The translations under genes were made by a program, and so were the position numbers. Shown here one piece after another: positions 1 through 7,634 of a stretch of 34,868 nucleotides of DNA (the stretch's first letter is position 1; each line of letters begins with the position of its first letter). Origin of the DNA: a virus (taxonomy: Duplodnaviria; Caudoviricetes); the IMG/VR virus record IMGVR_UViG_3300032227_000395, positions 1-34,868 of that record; one strand, 5' to 3'. The notes beneath the pieces were generated by a model. The model had not been told where the DNA came from, searched no databases, and worked only from the letters and a program-made list of their open reading frames with translations.

Positions 1-2
1 AT

Positions 3-46
3 ATGTAAATATAAATATAATTATTTACATAAAAAAATATTTACAA
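3..46 (-). promoter_or_regulatory. 44-bp repeated promoter/operator element, copy 1
   Basis: ATGTAAATATAAATATAATTATTTACATAAAAAAATATTTACAA; near-identical copies at 1471-1514 and 5997-6040. Confidence 0.7.
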
Positions 47-64
47 AAATAAATGAAAAATAAT

Positions 65-910
65 TCAAAAAACATTGTATTCTTTCTTTAAAGGAAAGTT
101 ATCCCTTTTGATCTGCCAGTACTCAGCCATCAATGAGGCTCGGAACTTGTAATCGGTGTCGGTATGGTATCCTGACTTGTAAACACATTTACAAATAGAT
201 TCGTACAACTTAATTCCTTTTATCTTGTAATTTGCCTTTTTACAAGCCGCGTACCTTCCAGAATTTAAAACACCAGCCCAAAGGTTCATACCTTCTTCCG
301 TTGTTTTGGCACTCATAAACTTTGCCCTAATGTATTTATTTTTACCTCTTATTACTTCGCGTGTTCTGTAAGTCACATAGTCGTGACCTTTTAAAGCTTT
401 AACTCCCCCAGCGTTTGCGTGTTTGCGCCACAACTCAGTTTCAACGCCTTGACTGGTTGCCTCAATGATAAAAAAGGAATAAATCATTGATACAGGAAAA
501 TCGGTTAAAACGTGAACGTTCATTAACATTGATTCATAACAGTAAGCAAGGTATATTCTACGAAGCTTTGCCCTGTCAACTTTTGCAAGGTTACGAAAGC
601 CGCGACCTTCCAATGTTTGCCTGAGTTGTTCGCCTGATAGCTTGCGCACCTCCCAGCCGTAGCTGCGAGATCCGTAGGCGCTTTCGTCAACTTCCTTCTT
701 TTCGTCTTTGCCCTGAATAGTTAGTGAGGTTATTTTATGCACATAAACGGTGTCTCTTTGAATGATGGGAATAAAAGAAGTGTACTGGTAATTTGTGTTG
801 ACTGGGGAATAAATCAACCCAACCACGAAGGCAACGCCAACCCCTCCAGCAATCTGGAAAGGAAGGCGCTTGTTTTGTGGAACGTATGTTTCTATAATTG
901 GTTGTTTCAT
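65..910 (-). CDS. GH73 (FlgJ/glucosaminidase-like) peptidoglycan hydrolase with N-terminal membrane anchor
   Basis: FIIEA (candidate catalytic Glu), NAGGVKA, TREV, LNSGRY and SGYHTDTDY (GYATDPxY-like) motifs; hydrophobic stretch IAGGVGVAFVVGLIY. Confidence 0.75.
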   Translation of the reverse strand: MKQPIIETYVPQNKRLPFQIAGGVGVAFVVGLIYSPVNTNYQYTSFIPIIQRDTVYVHKITSLTIQGKDEKKEVDESAYGSRSYGWEVRKLSGEQLRQTLEGRGFRNLAKVDRAKLRRIYLAYCYESMLMNVHVLTDFPVSMIYSFFIIEATSQGVETELWRKHANAGGVKALKGHDYVTYRTREVIRGKNKYIRAKFMSAKTTEEGMNLWAGVLNSGRYAACKKANYKIKGIKLYESICKCVYKSGYHTDTDYKFRASLMAEYWQIKRDNFPLKKEYNVF

Positions 911-1176
911 TATACCGTTGTTAATTGTTCTGCATAAAAATATCCTCCGTCGTACTCAATGGTTTCGTCGTTAGCATCTGCAATCACATTGCCGTCGCAA
1001 TCCTTTACAAGTCCTCCCCATGAAAAATCATCTTCAGGAAAATAATCTGAGTTTAACATTGCGGCGTAAAATCTTTCAACGGCTTCGCGCTTTGAGAAAG
1101 CTGCAATTTCTTGACGTAAATCCTGATATTTTTTAGCATTGCCAAAATACATCACGGTGTAAATGTTCTTTTCCAT
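910..1176 (-). CDS. hypothetical phage protein
   Basis: 88-aa ORF, stop overlaps the next start. Confidence 0.75.
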   Translation of the reverse strand: MEKNIYTVMYFGNAKKYQDLRQEIAAFSKREAVERFYAAMLNSDYFPEDDFSWGGLVKDCDGNVIADANDETIEYDGGYFYAEQLTTV

Positions 1177-1238
1177 TTTGGTTTGTTTTTAAGTTTTAAA
1201 AATTTGCAGTTGGTTTGGATGCTGCACCCCGTTTGTTT

Positions 1239-1454
1239 TTACAATAAATTTCTTGCGCCAATTAATTGGTTTTCATTAAACTTGCATTCTTGTATCGCTT
1301 TCCTTAAACAATCGGAATAACCTACTCCAGAAGTTACAATAAAATGACTTCTACTGGCACGTCCTTCTTTTAATGCACCTGTTTTTGTTGTCGCTTGTTT
1401 CACGGTTGGAAATGATGTGTATAAAAATCTCCATGTTTGAATCTTGTTTGTCAT
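1239..1454 (-). CDS. hypothetical phage protein
   Basis: 71 aa; preceded by the AACCAATC-ATG leader motif and promoter repeat copy 2. Confidence 0.7.
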   Translation of the reverse strand: MTNKIQTWRFLYTSFPTVKQATTKTGALKEGRASRSHFIVTSGVGYSDCLRKAIQECKFNENQLIGARNLL

Positions 1455-1470
1455 GATTGGTTATTTTGTT

Positions 1471-1514
1471 ATGTAAATTTAATTATAATTATTTGAATAA
1501 AAAAATATTTACAA
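1471..1514 (-). promoter_or_regulatory. 44-bp repeated promoter/operator element, copy 2
   Basis: ATGTAAATTTAATTATAATTATTTGAATAAAAAAATATTTACAA, between a terminator and the ATG at 1454. Confidence 0.7.
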
Positions 1515-1523
1515 AAATAAAAT

Positions 1524-1555
1524 AAAAAAAAATCCCGTACCAATCAGATACGGGA
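1524..1555 (-). terminator. intrinsic terminator
   Basis: Minus strand TCCCGTA..TACGGGA hairpin followed by a T9 run. Confidence 0.75.
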
Positions 1556-1577
1556 CAAAAACAACTTAAACATTCAC

Positions 1578-1715
1578 TCATTTACTAAACTTACAAATAC
1601 TTATTTCTTTCTCAGGAACCTCGATTCCCAGCTCCTTAAACTTCTTAATGGCTTCTTCGATAGTTGGCGCCTCGGTTATTACCTTACCTTGCTTCCATTT
1701 GATTTCCCATTTCAT
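1578..1715 (-). CDS. small hypothetical protein (45 aa, not in the ORF track)
   Basis: Manual translation MKWEIKWKQGKVITEAPTIEEAIKKFKELG...; start overlaps the upstream TAA. Confidence 0.65.
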   Translation of the reverse strand: MKWEIKWKQGKVITEAPTIEEAIKKFKELGIEVPEKEISICKFSK

Positions 1716-1843
1716 TAATACCATTTTTTTAAAGTGTCAACAATAAAATAAATGGCAAAAGCAAGGGTCACGATGCCTCCAGCGGCTACAATAATTAACG
1801 CTAAATCTTTGCCTAATTTTTGTTTCTCTTTTTCAGTCAACAT
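1715..1843 (-). CDS. small membrane protein (42 aa)
   Basis: MLTEKEKQKLGKDLALIIVAAGGIVTLAFAIYFIV...; start at 1843 preferred over 1903 to reduce overlap. Confidence 0.6.
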   Translation of the reverse strand: MLTEKEKQKLGKDLALIIVAAGGIVTLAFAIYFIVDTLKKWY

Positions 1844-2090
1844 GATTTTTATGTTTTTGTTGTTTACGATATTTGGCTTGATAAGCCTTGATTTTTTCAG
1901 CATTTCTCAACCTATATGATTTGTGCTTGTCGTAATTTTCATTCTTGCAGCTTGTTTTATTCTCCTCATATATCCTTTTTTTGTTTTCAATATTTTTTAA
2001 TCGCCTTTTTTCCCTTTGATAATCATTCATGTTCCGGTAGTATTTTTTCATATACTCCGATTTCCAAGCTTTTTTTTCCTCTGGTGTCAT
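1833..2090 (-). CDS. basic K/R/Y-rich hypothetical protein
   Basis: 85 aa, highly charged and helical-looking; similar composition to 12317-12541. Confidence 0.65.
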   Translation of the reverse strand: MTPEEKKAWKSEYMKKYYRNMNDYQREKRRLKNIENKKRIYEENKTSCKNENYDKHKSYRLRNAEKIKAYQAKYRKQQKHKNHVD

Positions 2091-2092
2091 GG

Positions 2093-2212
2093 CTATTTTT
2101 TTATTAAGTAAAAAATAAAATTTAGCAATAGATTAAAAAAACTTATAATAGATATCATTGAAAAAAGTGTGATAATTAAACAATATAATTTGTCTCTTTG
2201 CTTTTCTGTCAT
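2093..2212 (-). CDS. small membrane peptide, paralog B (39 aa)
   Basis: Manual translation MTEKQRDKLYCLIITLFSMISIISFFNLLLNFIFYLIKK. Confidence 0.55.
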   Translation of the reverse strand: MTEKQRDKLYCLIITLFSMISIISFFNLLLNFIFYLIKK

Positions 2213-2334
2213 ACATAATGTTTTAAATAATGAAAGATACATCTTAGCAAGAAATTAATTACATTAACTAATATTGTTGTAAATAAAATAGTAATATTAA
2301 ACAAATATAATTTATTCCTTTGCTTTTCCGTCAT
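2209..2334 (-). CDS. small membrane peptide, paralog A (41 aa)
   Basis: Manual translation MTEKQRNKLYLFNITILFTTILVNVINFLLRCIFHYLKHYV; ATGA overlap with paralog B. Confidence 0.55.
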   Translation of the reverse strand: MTEKQRNKLYLFNITILFTTILVNVINFLLRCIFHYLKHYV

Positions 2335-2336
2335 CG

Positions 2337-2870
2337 CTATTTATTTAAATAGTTTTTTGAGGCTACAGGATCTTTGCCCTGATTATTATATTTTGCATCT
2401 GCTTTGCTTGCATAATCCGTATATGGCATTTCGCTTATGTCATGATAACATATTTGTGCAATCTTCATGCCAGGGTAAATTTTGACTGGTTGAATACAGG
2501 CAAGCTCAAGCGTCCAGTGTCCTTTAAAATTAACATCTCCAAAACCTGCGGTAATGTGAACAAATAAACCAAGCCTTCCTAATGATGACTTACCTTGAAT
2601 GATTGGAACATGCCGAAGAGTTTCGGTATATTCGACAGTTGAGGCAAGGTATAATATACCTGGTTGCAAAATCATACCTTCTTCGGGAATAATAATTTCT
2701 GCCGTTTGAGGCTTTTTCCTGACGTCAAGAACATGGTCAGTGTACATGATTAACTTATTAGACAAAGTAAGGTCAACGCTATTAGTACCAATGTTTACCC
2801 TAATTAATGGCTCAATAACTATGTTACCTTCGATAATTTCGTCAATAATGGTCTTGTCTGTTAAAATCAT
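2337..2870 (-). CDS. dcd: dCTP deaminase
   Basis: MILTD start, NSVDLTL, GKSSLGRLGLFVHITAGFGDVNFKGHWTLEL, YPGMKIAQI, KYNNQ. Confidence 0.93.
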   Translation of the reverse strand: MILTDKTIIDEIIEGNIVIEPLIRVNIGTNSVDLTLSNKLIMYTDHVLDVRKKPQTAEIIIPEEGMILQPGILYLASTVEYTETLRHVPIIQGKSSLGRLGLFVHITAGFGDVNFKGHWTLELACIQPVKIYPGMKIAQICYHDISEMPYTDYASKADAKYNNQGKDPVASKNYLNK

Positions 2871-3208
2871 TTTTCTATTTTTTGTAAATCATTTAGTTCT
2901 GGATGTGTAAAATAAAAATCTGTTAGCATTGCAGCATTTGCCATCAAGTGCGCGGAGTGTAAAAGTCCACTTTCAGCGTCTATCATTTCACCAAGTCGCA
3001 TAGCTTCAAGGTGACGCATGGCTGAGGCGATGACTTCAGAAAATAAAAAACCTTTCTCCCAATTATGAGCAGGATATTTATCTAATCCTTGAGTCCACAC
3101 CTTCGCGTATTCCCGTTGTGCAATTGCTGGGCAAAGGTCGTAGCGTAGTTTATTGTCGTTCAACCTTATTCCGCCTTTAAACTGATTAAATTCTTCTTGA
3201 ACCGTCAT
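2867..3208 (-). CDS. DUF5664-like dATP/dGTP diphosphohydrolase
   Basis: KLRYDL..G..KY..HNWEKG..ASAMRHL..GE.ID.ESGLLHSAHLMANA signature. Confidence 0.85.
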   Translation of the reverse strand: MTVQEEFNQFKGGIRLNDNKLRYDLCPAIAQREYAKVWTQGLDKYPAHNWEKGFLFSEVIASAMRHLEAMRLGEMIDAESGLLHSAHLMANAAMLTDFYFTHPELNDLQKIEK

Positions 3209-3210
3209 TT

Positions 3211-3483
3211 TTATTTTTTAATATATTTGTTGGAATATTGTTCTGCCATCTCATTTGCCACTATTAGTATTTCATCTTTTACATGAAGCCAATATTCCAA
3301 AGTTCCTTTATCGTGATATTCTTGTAAAGTAAATCCATTTATTTCAAGTATATCTATTATTTCATCAACAGCAACCAAGGCGCACATTTTAGCATTCCTT
3401 ATAGCCATAAAGTCATTTAAATATGTGACTATTTTATTCATAAAACTATCAACTAATTGTTTCGCTTTTTCTTTAGGTGTCAT
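3211..3483 (-). CDS. hypothetical protein (MTPKEKA-type, common in Bacteroidota phages)
   Basis: MTPKEKAKQLV..AKMCALVAVDEII..YW..VK.EI. Confidence 0.75.
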   Translation of the reverse strand: MTPKEKAKQLVDSFMNKIVTYLNDFMAIRNAKMCALVAVDEIIDILEINGFTLQEYHDKGTLEYWLHVKDEILIVANEMAEQYSNKYIKK

Positions 3484-3487
3484 TTTT

Positions 3488-4093
3488 TTAATTATGAAAA
3501 TGTAAAAAACTGGTGTACGTTTTGCTTATCTCTTTGCAAGTCTGCTCAATTAAAACAATCGCCTTTAATAATTCATCCATTTCAAAGGTATGATTTAATT
3601 CATAGCTTTCACCCGTGAATTCCAAACCGTTCTTAATTCTCCGTGTTCCAAGCCAGTTGATTTGGCACTCAGGAATCTGGTCACCATTTACGAACATTGC
3701 CAACGCGTAAACTTTCATTTGAAGGCTTGTTTTCAATGTGTCCATCGTCCACGGTTTGCCTGAGGTTTTAAAATCAATGACCCTGTTGTTATGAACGTCC
3801 CAGGCGTCAATAAAACCTTTGACTTGAATGTCATTAATGCTTAGGCTTATTTCTTTTTCAGCTTCCAAACCTTTCATCGGGCGTATTTTGTCAATGTAAA
3901 AATCGGGGAAGGTTTCCATGATTATTCCATCTTTAATATACGCTTCCGTGTTTTCGGCAAATTGTTTTCCAAAATTCATGTATATTGACGGTTCTTCTGG
4001 AAGGTTTAAAAAGTAACGGTTAATATATTTTTGGCGGTCGGAATACCAAAGGTTTATTTGGCTGACTGATATGTATGGTTTTGGTAAAAGCAT
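3488..4093 (-). CDS. PD-(D/E)xK exonuclease (Cas4/RecB-like), probable recombination role
   Basis: ISVSQI, GFIDAWD..VIDFKT, QMKVYALA motifs. Confidence 0.85.
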   Translation of the reverse strand: MLLPKPYISVSQINLWYSDRQKYINRYFLNLPEEPSIYMNFGKQFAENTEAYIKDGIIMETFPDFYIDKIRPMKGLEAEKEISLSINDIQVKGFIDAWDVHNNRVIDFKTSGKPWTMDTLKTSLQMKVYALAMFVNGDQIPECQINWLGTRRIKNGLEFTGESYELNHTFEMDELLKAIVLIEQTCKEISKTYTSFLHFHN

Positions 4094-4095
4094 GC

Positions 4096-4383
4096 TTATT
4101 TTAATTTTATACTTTGAAATAAATCAATTATTTTTTTTACTGAATCGTAAGATTCAATCTGAAAACCATTCATTTCCCAGTCTCCATCAAAGCCAAAATC
4201 AACAACCCAATTATTATTTACAAGTTCATCAATGCCATTAGATTGAAATTTCATTAAATTTTCAATTTCCAATTCGTAAAAAAAATAAATGTTATTACTA
4301 TTTACTGGTTTATCAATTATATCTGAGTTATCATCTAAATAAACTCGACTAAACCCAAGTTTTTGAAGTTCATATTCTGTCAT
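4096..4383 (-). CDS. hypothetical protein
   Basis: 95 aa with an L.KLGF N-terminal motif. Confidence 0.7.
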   Translation of the reverse strand: MTEYELQKLGFSRVYLDDNSDIIDKPVNSNNIYFFYELEIENLMKFQSNGIDELVNNNWVVDFGFDGDWEMNGFQIESYDSVKKIIDLFQSIKLK

Positions 4384-4451
4384 AATTTTTGTTTTTTTAT
4401 CGGTAAATCCCCAGCCATTTTATAGGCTGGGGCAAACATACCAATATGAAA

Positions 4452-4910
4452 TTAAAATAATTTTCCGATTTGAATAAAAATTGTTGCGGCGGCTGGTTGC
4501 GCTTGCGCTGATTCTAAGCCTGAGGCTTTGAGCTGGTGAAATATGTCGGCGTATATACCTGTCATAAAAGTAGCCTTTTCGCTTATTTCTTCCGCCGTTA
4601 ATTTCCCGTTCGTTTTAGGGGCTACATTTGCAATTTGCGGCGTTTTATCAGGTTCGACAGGTGTTTGTACCTTTTCAGGTATTTCGTTCGCGGTAAGCAT
4701 ATCAAAAGCCACCTTGTAAGATTTGCCGTCGTGGATAATCGTAACGACATCGTCCTTCTTTAATGCCATTAACTTGTTATCGTCTGGTTTCCCATACACG
4801 CGGATGTCTGTACCATTGTCAAGTGTGATTGCGGCGTTGATGGAAGGACCGTATTGACCTTCAAAAACTTTGCCTGCCGTGTATTTAACCCTGCCTTTTA
4901 GAATATTCAT
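4452..4910 (-). CDS. hypothetical protein, possible OB-fold ssDNA-binding/annealing protein
   Basis: Beta-rich N-terminus (GQYGPS), P/T linker, helical C-terminus; near the exonuclease. Function is inference. Confidence 0.55.
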   Translation of the reverse strand: MNILKGRVKYTAGKVFEGQYGPSINAAITLDNGTDIRVYGKPDDNKLMALKKDDVVTIIHDGKSYKVAFDMLTANEIPEKVQTPVEPDKTPQIANVAPKTNGKLTAEEISEKATFMTGIYADIFHQLKASGLESAQAQPAAATIFIQIGKLF

Positions 4911-5142
4911 GACCCATATTTATTTGAAAGTTTTGAGAATCGTACCATAAGGATTTTTTATGGTCACTTATTTTTTTCCAGTCTATTTCCTCGTTATAGT
5001 AAATTGATTTTCCAGATACAAACCATTTTTCAAGTTCACCAACTCCGCGCTGCCTCCACCATTTTTTCAGGTGAAGGGGTTCAACAATATGGGAAGGGCA
5101 AACGGTTAATGAGGCGTTTAATGCGAATTCTTGTATTTTCAT
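4885..5142 (-). CDS. hypothetical protein
   Basis: Start MKIQE at 5142 forms an ATGA overlap with the upstream stop. Confidence 0.65.
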   Translation of the reverse strand: MKIQEFALNASLTVCPSHIVEPLHLKKWWRQRGVGELEKWFVSGKSIYYNEEIDWKKISDHKKSLWYDSQNFQINMGHEYSKRQG

Positions 5143-5480
5143 TTTGTTGGTATTTTTTCCATTTCCTTGTAAGCCTTTCCACAATATTCAACGATGCTAA
5201 TATTTATTTTAAACATTTTTGAATCATTGTTACTTGCCGCGTGTTTTTCAAATCGATGCATCATTTCTAAAACCTCGTCTTTGTAAAATTGTATTGGAGT
5301 CATTTTGTAATAATCAACCAATTTAAATATATATCTTAATGAATACATATACATATCTAAAGACATAAGCCAGTCATTTTGGCTATCAAGGCTTAATTTG
5401 TTATTTTCTTGCCTAAGTTTACTTAAGGTTTCTTCGTAATAATTTAAAAGATTTTTTGTGCTTTCTGGTAAAGTGTCCAT
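5139..5480 (-). CDS. hypothetical protein
   Basis: Start moved to MDTLP (5480), which follows the AACCAATC leader motif. Confidence 0.65.
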   Translation of the reverse strand: MDTLPESTKNLLNYYEETLSKLRQENNKLSLDSQNDWLMSLDMYMYSLRYIFKLVDYYKMTPIQFYKDEVLEMMHRFEKHAASNNDSKMFKINISIVEYCGKAYKEMEKIPTK

Positions 5481-5506
5481 GATTGGTTTGTTTTTAAAGT
5501 TGTTTA

Positions 5507-5764
5507 TTAATCGTTGCAAATTTTCCAAAGGTCTTGGTATTCATCTATCATTGGAACAAGCATTCTTGCGCCAACGTTTTTCTCTAGATATTCTTCAAGA
5601 TAACCAGCATCAACCTCAAAAGAATGCAAGTCGATAAGGTAATCAGGAGAATTTTTAAAGGTTTGCCCAAATAAGCCAAAGCCGCATGAAAAAACCACGT
5701 TGACAAAGTATTTCTTTCTTTCGTCACCCAGTGGTATGCGGGCTGTAAATTTTGTAATCTTCAT
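5507..5764 (-). CDS. hypothetical protein
   Basis: 85 aa with the AACCAATC-ATG leader. Confidence 0.7.
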   Translation of the reverse strand: MKITKFTARIPLGDERKKYFVNVVFSCGFGLFGQTFKNSPDYLIDLHSFEVDAGYLEEYLEKNVGARMLVPMIDEYQDLWKICND

Positions 5765-5788
5765 GATTGGTTGTTTTAAAATAAATAA

Positions 5789-5971
5789 TTAGTTCCAGAT
5801 AAGAAGGTGAGAACCTTCGTCGATAACATTGTAAATTTTGTCTTGATTATCTATAACATATAGAAAATCGCGGCTTTCTTTGTTTGTCATTTCATCCTCA
5901 CCTATTACGGTGTATTTGTCTGTTTCAAACAATAATCTTCTAATTTCTCTAACGGTCATTTGCTTTTTCAT
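5789..5971 (-). CDS. hypothetical protein
   Basis: Start MKKQM at 5971 with the AACCAATC leader, downstream of promoter repeat copy 3. Confidence 0.65.
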   Translation of the reverse strand: MKKQMTVREIRRLLFETDKYTVIGEDEMTNKESRDFLYVIDNQDKIYNVIDEGSHLLIWN

Positions 5972-5996
5972 GATTGGTTGTTTTGTTATTTTCAAT

Positions 5997-6040
5997 ACGT
6001 AAATTTAAATATAATTATTTATATAAAAAAATATTTACAA
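5997..6040 (-). promoter_or_regulatory. 44-bp repeated promoter/operator element, copy 3
   Basis: ACGTAAATTTAAATATAATTATTTATATAAAAAAATATTTACAA. Confidence 0.7.
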
Positions 6041-6051
6041 CATTATTTTAT

Positions 6052-6080
6052 AAAAAAGTGGGAAATAAAATACTTCCCAC
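6052..6080 (-). terminator. intrinsic terminator
   Basis: Minus strand GTGGGAAG-TATTTTA-TTTCCCAC-TTTTTT. Confidence 0.75.
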
Positions 6081-6104
6081 CATGAAAACCAGATTGCATG
6101 AAAA

Positions 6105-6839
6105 TTATACCTTATTTAACACGATCCTCCAGACCGCTAACTTTTGCGCTATGATAATTGCCCGCTTTTTCCCTTCTTCTTCCACCCTGTGCAACTGGGT
6201 TTTAAAGTCAATGTAACTGTCCGCCTGTATCTTTTGTTTCTTTGCAATTTCCTGAGCCTCTTCCCAAATAGCGCGTTTTTCTCCTTCAGCGTAACCAATT
6301 AACCCAGCTTGCATTGCAGCATCATACCAATATACAGGAACGTCTTCGTATGACTCACCTTTAAAGCCGCTTAACATCTCGGGAAATTCTGCATAAAACT
6401 TGCGCTTTGCCTCAACCTGTCTTTGTTCTTCCTGTAACTTTGCCCTTTTCTTTTCATCTTCCATATCCACGGTAAAATAAACCTTTTGCCTCCAGGTGAT
6501 ATAAGCGGTAAGGATTCGCCCAATAGCAGCTAAATCAACTTTGCCGTATAACTTATGTTCATCAATATTTAATTCCTGCCTTGCAAACTTTTCAAAAGCA
6601 AGTTTTATTTCATCAACGGCGATTAATTTGTAAGTGGTGATAAACTTTGTTACCTCAGTCAAGTGTTCTGGACTTGCATCAATGCCATACAGAGGCAGGA
6701 TGTTTTTAACTACCTCATTAATTTTGGGCAGGCTTTCAATGATGCCTGTTTTAAAAAGTCTTTTTTCTCGATTGTCGATAACAAGTTGAATATCTTGTAT
6801 CTTTTCCTCGATTGTCATTGCAATGGCTGGTAAATTCAT
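6105..6839 (-). CDS. hypothetical replication-associated protein (possible helicase loader-like)
   Basis: 244 aa, DEIKLAF..YGK motif, downstream of the replication initiator; function inferred from position. Confidence 0.5.
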   Translation of the reverse strand: MNLPAIAMTIEEKIQDIQLVIDNREKRLFKTGIIESLPKINEVVKNILPLYGIDASPEHLTEVTKFITTYKLIAVDEIKLAFEKFARQELNIDEHKLYGKVDLAAIGRILTAYITWRQKVYFTVDMEDEKKRAKLQEEQRQVEAKRKFYAEFPEMLSGFKGESYEDVPVYWYDAAMQAGLIGYAEGEKRAIWEEAQEIAKKQKIQADSYIDFKTQLHRVEEEGKKRAIIIAQKLAVWRIVLNKV

Positions 6840-6880
6840 ATAAGTTGGTTTTTATAATTGTAAATTTAAAATAAAATAAA

Positions 6881-7633
6881 TTAATCCCCACAAAAACAAG
6901 ATATATCTGGTTCATCAAACAAAGTTTTATTTAACCCTAATGACTTAATAGTTTCCATTTTAAAATCCTTATGAAACCTTGCATTAATTTTATTTTCTTG
7001 TTCAATCCACCAGTCTAATCTTTCTGGCATTAAATTAGCTTGAGCAACTTTCTTTTTTGTTCCTTTCATAAAACAAAAATCACAATTACTCAATGTGCTA
7101 TGTATTTTAAGGTCGAATCCTTGGTTACTCCAAAATGTTTTAACATCATTTACAGTAATATTAAAATCCCAAAGAGGAAATATATAATCCCACCTATCTT
7201 TAGATACTTTATTTTTCATTTTATGATACCTATTTGGCTCATCTTTTCTTATTCCAATAGCAGCGTCCCAATGTTTATGTCCTAATGATTTTAAATACCT
7301 TGCCATAGGTAATATTTTTAATTCGGTAGTACAAAATCTTTTAACTCTGTTTGGCAAATATCCCCTTTCTTTTATCATGTCAGAAAATGGTTCACCATTT
7401 CTGGAAGATGATTCGTAGTTTACAATTTTATATTTATTCTCATTGCAAAATTCTAACCAAACTACACCAAGATTCCATCTAATATCACATTCATTTACAA
7501 AATCTAATGTTTCATTCATTTCCCTACCAGTATTTGCAAAAGTAAAAATCAATTCATCTTTTGAATAATTATCAATCATAATCTTTGCCATCATTGCGGA
7601 AGAACGACCGCCGCTAAAACTTACTTGTATCAT
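6881..7633 (-). CDS. PAPS reductase-family (PP-loop) protein
   Basis: VSFSGGRSS PP-loop, FANTGRE, RFCTTELKILP, IGIRKDE, NCDFCF and terminal CFCGD. Confidence 0.88.
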   Translation of the reverse strand: MIQVSFSGGRSSAMMAKIMIDNYSKDELIFTFANTGREMNETLDFVNECDIRWNLGVVWLEFCNENKYKIVNYESSSRNGEPFSDMIKERGYLPNRVKRFCTTELKILPMARYLKSLGHKHWDAAIGIRKDEPNRYHKMKNKVSKDRWDYIFPLWDFNITVNDVKTFWSNQGFDLKIHSTLSNCDFCFMKGTKKKVAQANLMPERLDWWIEQENKINARFHKDFKMETIKSLGLNKTLFDEPDISCFCGD

Positions 7634-7634
7634 G

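Noticed and set aside
2337-3208. 2-aminoadenine (dZ) or uracil-DNA genome
   Set aside because: No PurZ, DatZ, Ugi or dedicated polymerase in the window; dcd and DUF5664 alone are insufficient.
3488-4093. Cas4 as part of a CRISPR system
   Set aside because: Lacks the four-Cys cluster pattern and any array; better explained as a phage recombination exonuclease.
4409-4432. CCCCAGCC/GGCTGGGG hairpin as a terminator
   Set aside because: Strong stem but no U-tract on the transcribed strand; it may be a stability or processing hairpin.
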